Source: Cyanophora paradoxa CCMP329
Lineage: Eukaryota; Plantae; Glaucophyta
DNA length: 64,000 nt
Assembly: GCA_004431415.1 (NCBI GenBank)
Contig: QPMI01000113.1
Coordinates: forward strand, 248,001 to 312,000
Reading direction: 5' to 3'
Below, in pieces: positions 36,621-46,102 of this stretch. How positions within the stretch are numbered: position 1 is the stretch's first letter; every line of letters begins with the position of its first letter. Position numbers and translations under genes: made by a program. The notes beneath the pieces are model-generated. The model made no database searches. It was not told the DNA's origin and saw nothing but the letters and a program-made list of their open reading frames with translations.

Positions 36621-38069
36621 ATGTTCCCCGCGCGGCGAGTCCGGCTGCTCGCTGCGCAGAAGGCGGACTCGCTGTGCCGCAAGCTGTTCTCCTGGCACGA
36701 GAACGGCGTGAACGAGGCGCGCTGCACGCGCGCCTCCTGCCAGACGGGCGACTGCTACCTCTGCAGTCAGGCCAAGGCGGCCTTCGTCAAATTCGCCCAG
36801 AAATTTGACGTGGACACAGACGGCGTGCTCGTCCGCCGCCCGGCCGCGCCCCACGGGCGCTTCGTGCCCGTCCTGCCTGAGTCCTGGCAGGACCGCGTCC
36901 TGTACGCGTACCACGATGGGTGGGGCCACCGCGGCGCCTCGATCGTCGCCCGCCGGATCCTGCTGAGGTTCTGGTGGTCGGGCATGCTTGCGGCAGTCGC
37001 TCGCTACGTGCGGAGCTGCCATTGCTGCCAGTTCGCCAAGGCTGTGAAGCCGCGGCGAACCGCGATCGCAGTCATCGAGGCCGAGGGCCGGAATGACTTG
37101 TGGCAGGTGGACGTGTTCCACCTTGACCCGACGCCGCGCGGCAACCGGTATTTGGTTGCCTGGGTGAACGCGTGGGACAAGTACACGCGGCTGTACCCGA
37201 AAGCCGACCTGGACGGCTGGTCCATGCTCGAAAAGGGCCGAGACTTCGTCTCGAATGAGGGCGTGCCGCTGCGCCTCCTCATGGACAACGGGTCCAGCCT
37301 GAAGGGCGGCCCGTTCAACGAGTACTTCCGGAAGCTCGGGACTCGTTTCATTTACGCCGCTGCGTACCACCATTCGACGAATGGGCTGGTAGAGCGGCTG
37401 GGGGGCGTCGTGAAGACGCTGCTCCACGCGGCGTGCCGCGCCGAGCGCGAGCCGATGCACGAGTGGGACCAGCACGTGCACGAGGTGCAGCTGGCGCTCC
37501 GCACGACCGTGCACGCGGCCACGGGCTACTCGCCCGCGCTCCTGCACCTGGGGCACGAGCTCACGCTGCCCGCGGACGTGCGCTTCGGGGTCGAGATGCT
37601 CGACACCCTTAGCTACGCCGACTACGTGTCAATCGTAGTGCGTTCCGCGAAGAGCCGCGAGGCTGCAGTGCGCGAGTACCGCCGCTGGTACCGCCGCCAA
37701 ATGGTGCACCGGACGGGTGACCTGCCGGACCGCCGCCGCTTCGGCGTGGGCGACAAAGTCCTGTGCTGGCTGGGCGACCGTGACAAGGGGTTGTTCAACT
37801 CCTGGGTCGGCCCTTTCACCGTCATGAGCGTGCACCCGGGCGGGTACACGTACGTCGTACGTGGCCTTGCGCGGCCCTACGGCGCGGTGGGCGCCGGCCG
37901 CCAGAAGGCGCGCGACACCCGTGAGACGATCGTGCATATCGACTGCATGATCCCGTTCCGCGTGCGAGACGCGAACGCGCCTGCACGGCCGGCCCGAGGG
38001 CGGCCCAAGGCGGCGGGTGGGCCGGCTGCCGCGGCCGCAGCGCCGGCGGCTCCGGCGGGAGCGGCTTAA
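36621..38069 (+). CDS. pol: Retroviral-type integrase (HHCC, D-D35-E, GPY/F), no chromodomain seen
   Basis: HDGWGH..CHCC, WQVDVF, LMDNG, NGLVERL, WVGPFTV. Confidence 0.93.
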   Translation: MFPARRVRLLAAQKADSLCRKLFSWHENGVNEARCTRASCQTGDCYLCSQAKAAFVKFAQKFDVDTDGVLVRRPAAPHGRFVPVLPESWQDRVLYAYHDGWGHRGASIVARRILLRFWWSGMLAAVARYVRSCHCCQFAKAVKPRRTAIAVIEAEGRNDLWQVDVFHLDPTPRGNRYLVAWVNAWDKYTRLYPKADLDGWSMLEKGRDFVSNEGVPLRLLMDNGSSLKGGPFNEYFRKLGTRFIYAAAYHHSTNGLVERLGGVVKTLLHAACRAEREPMHEWDQHVHEVQLALRTTVHAATGYSPALLHLGHELTLPADVRFGVEMLDTLSYADYVSIVVRSAKSREAAVREYRRWYRRQMVHRTGDLPDRRRFGVGDKVLCWLGDRDKGLFNSWVGPFTVMSVHPGGYTYVVRGLARPYGAVGAGRQKARDTRETIVHIDCMIPFRVRDANAPARPARGRPKAAGGPAAAAAAPAAPAGAA

Positions 38070-38242
38070 GGGAAAGCCGGCTCCGAGCCGCGTCCCGACC
38101 CCACGCGAGGGCAAGGACATGAGAGCGGCTGCGCTAGCCCCTTGGCAGCGCTGAGCAAGAGATCGCCCGAGGCGGGCTGGATCGACGGGCCTCAGAGCCC
38201 CGCGCACAACGCGAAAGCCCCGAGCCGAGAGAAGAGGCTGCG

Positions 38243-38649
38243 GGCGGCCGTCAGCCTTGAGCACAGCTCGGCGCGGTGACAGGGTGCGAGTCCCTTGTAA
38301 AGACCCGGGCAAATTGGATGAGCCGCGGCGGCCGGTGGCCTTGAGCACAGCTCGGCACGGTGACAGGGCTGGGGCCCTCCGAAGACCTAGCCGAGCCCTA
38401 GGACGCGCCTCGCGTCTGCAGAAGGGTCGGTAGGCGGCTGTGACGCCGAGTTCTGCCTCGGGTACAGCGACAGGGGATGTCCATTCCCCTCCGTGTAAGA
38501 CCTGGCGGTGTACCAGGGCGCGCCTTGCGCCGGTGGGGTACACGCAGGCGGTCGTTACGCCGGATCCCACTCCGGGTACGACGACTGGGGACGCAAAAAT
38601 TCCCCCATTCAGGGCTCTGCACCGGGGACGCTCGGTGGCAGTTCGCCTG
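38243..38649 (+). ncRNA. Array of four covarying multi-way-junction RNA motifs in the retrotransposon 3' UTR (putative cis-regulatory RNA)
   Basis: Units 38243-38324, 38327-38409, 38432-38525 and 38545-38649 share GGCG-G-[stem]-YGAC-[WGGG/CCC stem]-..AAGA-[stem]-CGCC with compensatory changes (manual folding). Confidence 0.6.
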
Positions 38650-39110
38650 GGAGGGTCACGTCCCCTCGCAATGGACGTGCATGCACGGGTCGGGCAGGGC
38701 ACCTGCCGTCACGAGTGACGGTGGTTTGAGCCCTGTGGGCGGCGCCTAGCCTCGCCCTGGAGATCCCTAGCTCCACCGCCGTCGGGGTCCCCCGATTCGA
38801 TGCCGTGCAATTGCTGTGGGAGCGCGGCTTGTGCCTAGGCAGCGTCGCACGACGGGCTGCATATCCCTAAGCGCTGGGACGGGCATATTGCTGTGGGCTA
38901 TCGAGTGCCATCGCGACGCTACGCCCCGCGTTGCTGTTGCAGCGTGCGCTCTTGCGGCTAACGTGCTGCGCGATGAGGGCAGGGCCCCCCTCGGCTTCTG
39001 TCTCCGTACCGCTCGCCTCGTGCGGGTTTGCCTGGGCCGCCGGCCCGAAGTTGGACCTTGCCCCCTGGGCACTACACGCTGGAGTCGTACCGGCACCCGC
39101 CGGGCGACAG

Positions 39111-39247
39111 CCTTTTTCGATTCCCGGCAGTCGCCGGACGTAGACGGGCTCGGCGTCTTTTCGATTCCCGGCAGTAGCCGGTGACGCCGACCGTGAGTGG
39201 CTCGGAGCCTTTTTTTCGATTCCCGGCAGTAGCCGGTAGCTCCGAGC
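39111..39247 (+). ncRNA. Three tandem hairpin motifs TTTTCGATTC-CCGGC-AGTM-GCCGG in the retrotransposon 3' UTR
   Basis: Cores at 39116, 39160 and 39215; units 2 and 3 are closed by different perfect stems (TCGGCGTC/GACGCCGA; GCTCGGAGC/GCTCCGAGC). Confidence 0.7.
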
Positions 39248-39366
39248 GTTTGTGTATAGCGGCCGGGGTCGCGTTGTATAGAGAGCTCAGGCTCGATCAA
39301 ATTCCTGGCTTCCCCGGCCCTCTCTCTGTTCGCCTTCGGGCGTAGACCCGCGCGGACGCGGGATCC

Positions 39367-39377
39367 GAGAGGAGGAG
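39367..39377 (+). promoter_or_regulatory. Polypurine tract
   Basis: GAGAGGAGGAG one base upstream of the 3' LTR. Confidence 0.9.
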
Positions 39378-39378
39378 T

Positions 39379-39661
39379 TGTCGCATCCGACTTTACAGTG
39401 GATGCTCGATTGTGAGCCGCTAGGGCTCTAGATGATGTATGCAGCCTTCGTGCTGCTAGGCCGACGGCGCCTAGGCTAGTTAGAGCGCCGCGGTCATTTG
39501 TATGCGTGTGTCGGGGTACGCCGTAGTTGGACGGGTACACCCTCAGTCTACCATCACGGTGGCTAACAGCAGCAGCACTCGCCAAACCCCGCCCTGCTGA
39601 GCTTGCACTCCGCACGGGCTTCTCGCGCGCACGATTAGACACACTAATCTCGCACGCGACA
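39379..39661 (+). repeat. 3' LTR
   Basis: Identical to 29491-29773; followed by TSD GTGCC. Confidence 0.97.
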
Positions 39662-40538
39662 GTGCCGACACGTTCCACCCGCCTGACGCCTCAGGGGGGC
39701 AGCAGCCGGGCCAGCCCTGCGGCGGGCAAGAGGGCCCCGGGCAGGTCCAGGAGCGCCCGGAGCAGCCGCGCCCTGGGCCCGGGCCGGGACGGCTCCATGT
39801 AGGCGCAGGCTAAGAGGGCCCTCATGATCATGATCAGCAGCAGTGGCCAAACGACCAGCACGCGCCGCCGCCGCAGGGCTCGCAGCATGCGCAGGCCGCC
39901 CCGCGGGCCGGGCTAGTGGCAGCAGGGCCCGTACGTCCGGCCAGCAGCTGCAGGCCCCCCCCGGGCCCTCCCCCCCTCTCTCTCGCCCCTCTATAGCTAA
40001 CTATAGGCCTCAGCGGCCGATCCCCCGGCCCATGCATCGCAGCAGGGCGCGCGCACCGTGGCACCCAGCAGACCAGGTGGCTTTCAAGGGCCAGCGCTAG
40101 CTATAGGTGCCTTTCGAGGGAGCAGTGTTCATGTACATGTGTGCATGCATGCACACGTGCACGTACGCGTGCCGCAGTGCTGCAGCGCTTTCCGAAGTTC
40201 GAGGGCCAGCTGCAGCGTTAGCCCATGATCAGTACTACGGTAGCTATAGCAGTGCGCATGTGCCAGCACCGAGAGGACCAGCGCTAGCGCAAGCATGTGT
40301 ACGTATACAGCGCTAGCGCCCCCGAATCGGACGCGCGCACAGCCTGGCAGCCTGCAGCAGTAGCTAGCGGCAACACGCTCAGGCCTAGGACGCACAAAGC
40401 GCGCCCAAGCTGCCGCAGTGCAAGCTTAAGTCGCTGCCGGCGCCGGCGCCGCGGCGCTGTCGACGTCGTCGGCCCGGAAGCCGGGCGCTAGCGATCCAGT
40501 CCGGCTCCCGTCAAACCAGTCGTTGCGACCTCTCAACC

Positions 40539-40610
40539 GGTCCTATGGTGTAACGGTTAGCACCCAGGACTCTGAATCCTGTAATCCCAGTTCGAATCTG
40601 GGTAGGACCT
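40539..40610 (+). tRNA. trnQ-CUG: tRNA-Gln(CTG), copy 2
   Basis: Identical 72-nt sequence; different flanks except upstream TCAACC; followed by T-rich TTTCTT. Confidence 0.97.
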
Positions 40611-40870
40611 TTCTTGGCGCGCGCTGAGCCCGAACGGGTGGCGGCCCGGGCCGTCGCTCGTGCTAGCCGCCTAGTAGGTAGCGCTCAGCGGCTCGTACAC
40701 GCTCGCACACGCGGGCAAATCTTCTACGTATACAGCCTGCTTGAACACACTTTTGCAGGCCGCGCCGCGACCGCGCGCAAGCATGTTCATCATATGCATA
40801 AGTTATCGCGATCGCGCGGGCGCCGCGCGCCGCGGCGCCGCGGCGCCGCCGCCGCGCCGATCGCGACGCA

Positions 40871-40979
40871 CAGCATTAGCGCTATAGCCAAGGATTCCGG
40901 AAACAGCCGCTCACCATCGGCGCAGCATTAGCGCTATAGCCAAGGATTCTGGAAACAGCCGCTCACCATCGGCGCAGCG
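40871..40979. repeat. 2 x 52-bp tandem repeat upstream of tRNA-Gln copy 3
   Basis: Same unit as 28312-28474. Confidence 0.95.
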
Positions 40980-40987
40980 CATCAACC

Positions 40988-41059
40988 GGTCCTATGGTGT
41001 AACGGTTAGCACCCAGGACTCTGAATCCTGTAATCCCAGTTCGAATCTGGGTAGGACCT
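40988..41059 (+). tRNA. trnQ-CUG: tRNA-Gln(CTG), copy 3
   Basis: Identical 72-nt sequence with TTTT terminator; flanks shared with copy 1. Confidence 0.97.
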
Positions 41060-41313
41060 TTTCGCCCGCTGCCGTTCCTTCCGCCCCTGTACCCGGCGAG
41101 CCGGTGCGCAGCTTGTGTGCGCAAGGCTTTTCTGCCGACGCGTCTCGCGCGGTCGCCGGCGACTCGCCGCTTCACTGACCTCCGCGGTTCGATAGAGGAC
41201 AGCTCCTCTCGACCTCACCAGCGTTCGAGAGTCCGGGAAGCACAGGTAGCGGGCCGCAGGCGGGCTCAGCGGCTCCAGTCGAAGCTTCTGGCGCCGGGCT
41301 GGCGCTTCAAGTC

Positions 41314-44300
41314 ATGCTGAAGAAAGCAGACATCGACGGTGCGAGCGGCCTGTAGCGGCCTGTTCGTTGCGTTCCAGCAAAGACGTCTATTCAATTCGTT
41401 ACGCATCACAGAGGTGTCGCTTCTGCACGCTGCAATCCGAGCGCTGCGGAAGGACCGTACCAGCCGTGCGGACAAGGAGGTGCAGGATAAGTTCAATGCG
41501 TCGGTCCGCCAGCCTGTAACAGTGCCGGACGCGTCCTGCATGTACAAAGCCTTGCTGCGAACGCAGGTCGGGCAGGTAATTGAGAGCCTCGAGGCGGACC
41601 TCGAAGGTGCGCCGCCCGCCGCCGACCGCGCGCTTAGAGCCGGCTGCGATGCCCGCGCAGGCCAGGAGAACATCCTTCTTCGCGAGGCTGACTCCACGCA
41701 CGCCCGCTTCCTCCTCTGTGCGCTGCCCCGGCCGCCGCTGCAACGCAACGGCACGGCTGACCCGCCGCGCTGTGCGCAGTCGACCTCTGCTTCGCGGGTG
41801 CGGGGGCGGCGCGGCTCGAGCGGGAGAGCGCCGGGGCTGACGGGGCGGGGGCCGCGGGGCGCAGAGCTCGTGGACCACGCGACGGCGAACCTGGACGCGG
41901 AGCTGGCGGCAGTGCTGCGGCGCTTCCGGCGGAGCCACCAGCAGCTCTTCGCGCGCCTCCCATCCATCCTCCACGAGACCTTCCCACCGGGGAGCCGCAT
42001 CAAGGAGGCCCCCGAGATGGGCGCCGAGCCATACGACGACGCCCGCCAGCGTGCGCCGGCCCGCCGCGCGGCCCCTCGCCCCGTGGCCCCGGGCGAGGGG
42101 CGGCGGGGCCGCTGGCGCGCAGATTCGGCGGGGGCGGCGAGGAACGGCAGCCCGAGCGTGCACTCGCCGAGCCGCCCGAACGGCATCCTACGTGGCGCCC
42201 CCGCCCCCGTCGCCATCCCGGCCCCGGCCCCGGCCCCGCGCCAGCAGGAGGCCGCCCCGCCGGTGGGGCCCGGAGGCTACGCGTGGCGCCACGCGCAACT
42301 GCCGCGGGAGGACTCGCAGAAGACGGAGCGGGGCCCTGGCGGGCGCTGGGCGCAGCCGGCCGTCGCGGTGCCGGGCCCCGGCGCCGGCCCTGTGGCGACG
42401 GTGGGGCGGGCGGTCTCGGCGCACGCGACGCCGGGGGCGCGGGGCCGGCGGGGCGCTACGGGGCGGGGAGGAGGAGGCGGACGACGAGGGCGAGGAGGCG
42501 CCCGAGGCCCGGCCCCTCTCCACGGCCCCCGTCCGGCCCCAGCTCTACCCCTACCCGCGCCCGCTGCTCGAGCAGCCGGCGCCCGCCCCCGCCGGCCCGC
42601 AGCCCCGCCCCGCCCGTTCCGGCGTCCGCTCCGCCCCTTCCACCGCCCGCGCCGCCTCCAAGCCCGGCGCACGGTACCCCCCTCCTCCCATCCCCTCCCC
42701 ACTGCCTTTCGGAGCGGCGGCTCGGGCGCGGGGCCAACCGTGGGCGGGGCAGGCGCGCGGCCTCGCAGGAGCGGCCCCCGCGGGATCCCGACGCGCGCTC
42801 TTCCGCCCATGCCTCCGACGGGGTGCGCCGCGCCGCCCTCCTCCTGCATCCCGCCCCCGCCCGGTGACCAGGCGCGGCGCGGCAGGAGGGCGCGAAGGCG
42901 CAGGCGCAGGCGCGGCGGCGGGAGCCGAGCGCGGAGAGAGCGCAGGTAACGCCGCGCCCCATCTCCCACAAGCAGCTCAGCGCGATTATCGAGGTCCGCG
43001 CGCCCCCGGCCTGCCCCCCGGCCTGCGCGGGGCCGACACGGGGCGGGCGGCAGAGCATCTACGCGTCGAAGGAGTGCGCCCCCGGCCTGCCCCCCGGCCT
43101 GCGCGGGGCCGACATGGGGCGGGCGGCAGAGAGTTCGACGCGAAGTGCGCGCGGGCGCAGCTGCCGCGGGAGACCATGGAGCAGCACATGTTTACATACC
43201 TCAACCAGAAGTGCGCAGGCTGCCCCGTCCCGCCCCCGCTGCTCCCTCGCGCGCCCCGCCCTGACCCCCGCCCCGCCAGGTACGGCCTTCGCCCCCTCGT
43301 GCTCGGTGCGTGCGGGGCGGGGCGCTCGGGGCGGGGCGGGCAGGTGCCGAGGCGGGGCGCGGGGGGGCAGAGTACGCGGCGGGGGTGGTGAAGGCGGCGG
43401 GGCGGCTCGCGGCGGTGGACAACGACGTCGCCGTCTTCCACCGCATCCTCCGCAACGAGATCGACGAGGCCCGCCCCCCCCCCCCCCCCCCCGCCCCCCG
43501 CCCCGCCCCCCGCCCCGCCTGACGCCCGGCGCAGGACTTCCGCCGCGTGCAGCGCTCCCTGAAGGAGACGGTGCGGGCCGCCGGGGCGGGGCGGGGGGGC
43601 GGGGGGGCTGAGGGCGGGGCAGCTGGCGGACCTGCTGCGGCTGCACCTCTCGAACAAGTTCGCGCTCAAGTCGGAGCGGGAGCTGCAGGCGATGCTCCAG
43701 GCCCGCATGCGCGGCTCCGTCTCCGAGCCCGAGTGGCTCGAGGTGCGCCCCGGGCGCCCCCAAGGGCCCCCCCCGCCCCCCCCCCCCCCCCCCCCCCCCC
43801 CCGGGCCGCCCCCGCCGGCGACGGCGAGGCGGGGTGTGGGGCGGCAGGTGGTGCGGGCGGCGTACGAGGGGCGCGACGCCGAGCACGTCGAGGCCATCGT
43901 CCGGTGCGTGGCGCCCCGCACGCCCCGCCCCCGCCGGGGGTCTCCCTCGCCGACGCCGCGGCCCCGGGGGGGCGGGCAGGCGGGTGCAGCAGAACGTGGC
44001 GGAGGCGAGCGGCGAGGCGGCGAACCGCATCCCCTACGCCGAGTTCCTCAAGGCGCCGCCCCTCCTCCCGGCCCGCCCCTTGCGCCGCCTGACACCCGCG
44101 CACCCCGCAGACCTGCCTCGAGTACCAGCTGAGGGGCCACGAGGCCTTCCTCCGCCCCTTCGTTCGCCTCTTCCGCGCCGTCGACTCCGACCGCGACGGT
44201 GCCCCGCCTCCCCCCACCCGTCCCCCCGCAGGGCCTCCGACCGAGTGCCCGCCCTGCGCCAGGCGTCATCACGGGGCCGCAATTCCGCCAGCTGGTCAGG

Positions 44301-44591
44301 AGCCTCGACCCGGCCTCGCCCAAGCCGGAAGCGCAGGCGCGCCCGCCCCCGCCCTCGTCCTGCCCCCGTCTCCCCCGCTCAGGCGCCCCGCGCAGGTGCA
44401 GGAGCTGCTCGCCCGCGCGGACCCCCACGACAACCAGCAGATCACTTTCTCGGAGGCGCGTCTCGCCCTGCTCCAGCCCCCTCCTGCCCGCTCACCGCCC
44501 CGCTCGCGCGCAGTGCGTCTCGGTGCTGGAGCAGGAGCTCCTCGCCTTCTCGAGCCGCCTGCAGGAGCAGCGCTCCCGCCCCCGCTCTTAG
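41314..44591 (+). CDS. Spliced EF-hand protein, TSNAXIP1-like family of flagellated protists (tentative)
   Basis: LPRETMEQHMFTYLNQKYGL, DNDVAVFHRILRNEIDEDF, YQLRGHEAFLRPF; EF loops DSDRDGVITGPQF and DPHDNQQITFSEC. Confidence 0.65.
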
Positions 44592-44725
44592 AGCCCCTCC
44601 GCGTAGCCGTGCAGAGATAGTGAGGTCCCAATCTTGGATAACAGAACCGCGCCCGCGCCCGTTCTGCCTCGACACCCGCCCTAGATCTAGATCTCTTTCC
44701 AGAAGCGCTCACAGTTCGGCGCTAA

Positions 44726-44903
44726 CACAGCAGAGTATGGGGGGGGTACCCACCATAGCATTGGTTTGTATGGGACTGCGGCCCCCCCCCCTCGACCATT
44801 CTGTGCAGTAACCATTCTGTGCCTACGGGGGGGTGCCACTTTCCCCGGCTTTTCCCATAGAAGCCAAATGCTATGGCGGGTACCCCCCCCATACTCTGCT
44901 GTG
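44726..44903. mobile_element. 178-bp MITE with ~50-bp imperfect TIRs, CAC..GTG termini and TAA target-site duplication
   Basis: CACAGCAGAGTATGGGGGGGGTACCC.. / ..GGGTACCCCCCCCATACTCTGCTGTG; TAA at 44723-44725 and 44904-44906. Confidence 0.9.
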
Positions 44904-45031
44904 TAAATAGATAGCAGCGCATGCGCATCTGGAAGTGCTTCGGGGGCTCTGGCCTCGATGTTGCTAACGTAAGGATCCATGTGAACACGTAGACATTGAG
45001 CGTTGGCGACGAGCTGAATGGCACGGGCGCC

Positions 45032-46102
45032 TCAGCACCAGTCGAGGTCCTCGTGGGCGGGCGCCTCGGGCTCGTCGGCCTCGTCGTAGCCGGCGGCGGG
45101 GGCGGCCCCGGCCTCGACGGCGACGCCGGTGAGCTCGAAGGCGACCAGGCCGGCCTCGTCCAGCTCCGGCGCCTCGCTCTCCAGCCGCTCCGGGTGCGCG
45201 CTGTCGTGCGCCGCCACCTGCCGCCCCCCGCCCGCCCCTCAGCGCCCCGCCCCCGCCCCGCCCGCCCCCGCCCGGCCCCCTCGCCTTGTTCGCCAGGTCC
45301 TGGGCGTTCATGCACATCGTCTGCGGGGCGGGAGGCGCGTGTCGGCAGACGGCTGGGGGCGTGCGCAGGGGCGGCCGGGGCGCACCTGGATCGCGCTGTC
45401 CGTCCCCGCCCTGCCGATGACCATCGCGAGCTTGTGGCCTGCCTTGGCGGCGCCTGCGCGGCGTCAGTCCGGTGCTCGGACCCCTCAGTCGCTGCTCGAC
45501 CGCCCGACTCACAGAATGCCTGCAGCCGAGGGCGAGTCAGGGCGCAGGCGCGCGGAGGCGACCGGGGCCGCGCGCACGCTCTTCGAGCCCCGATACGCAG
45601 TCCCAATCCTGCGGGCACGGTTAGACGAGGCAACGCGAATCGGAGAGAGTAGCTCGCCCGTAGATGTATTCGCCTTGGGGCGTGGCGGACACTGCGCGGT
45701 ACGAGCGGGTCAGTCGAGCCCGGGCTGGAGCTCGGGCCCGGGCTGGAGCTCGGGCCCTCACCATTGTAATCAACGCCAGCAATCTTAGCCCACGTGTAGC
45801 TCCGCGGATCTGATGCGGCGCGGGCTCAGCGTTCTGCTTGGCGATGCCGCGCGGAGCGGCAGCGAACCTGTCACCGCATTCATGACGCTGATGACCTCCT
45901 TCGCCGTGATGGGCTCATTGTGCGACGGCAACGATTTGCTTTCCCAACCGCTTCCGTCGCGCTTGATGACAACCTGCAAGGCGGGTTAGCGGCGGAAACG
46001 GGGCGGCGAAGAGCTGGCGAAGCGAGAAAAACTGCTTACTTTAGTGTGCACGTTGGGATAGTCCTGGCGCCCCAGAATCTCCGCATACCGCTGCTCGGCC
46101 AT
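45032..46102 (-). CDS. Small spliced hypothetical protein with acidic C-terminus
   Basis: Exons MAEQRYAEILGRQDYPNVHTK / VVIKRDGSGWESKSLPSHNEPITAKEVISVMNA / ... / ..DEPEAPAHEDLDWC* separated by GT/GC-AG introns. Confidence 0.55.

Larger units (their letters stand above)
29491..39661 (+). mobile_element. Full-length Ty3/Gypsy (Metaviridae) LTR retrotransposon, 10.17 kb, recently inserted
   Basis: Identical 283-bp LTRs with TGTCGC..GCGACA ends; 5-bp TSD GTGCC (29486-29490 and 39662-39666); PBS and PPT; domain order gag-PR-RT-RH-IN; intronless. Confidence 0.97.

Noticed and set aside
37900-38069. Integrase chromodomain
   Set aside because: The C-terminus after GPY/F is a short Ala/Pro tail with no chromodomain motif.
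38070-39366. Hammerhead ribozyme, SECIS element or env-like ORF in the 3' UTR
   Set aside because: No CTGANGA..GAAA core and no convincing AUGA/GA quartet with an apical AA helix. Coding breaks are frameshifts, not in-frame UGA, and ORFs here are short or shadow frames.
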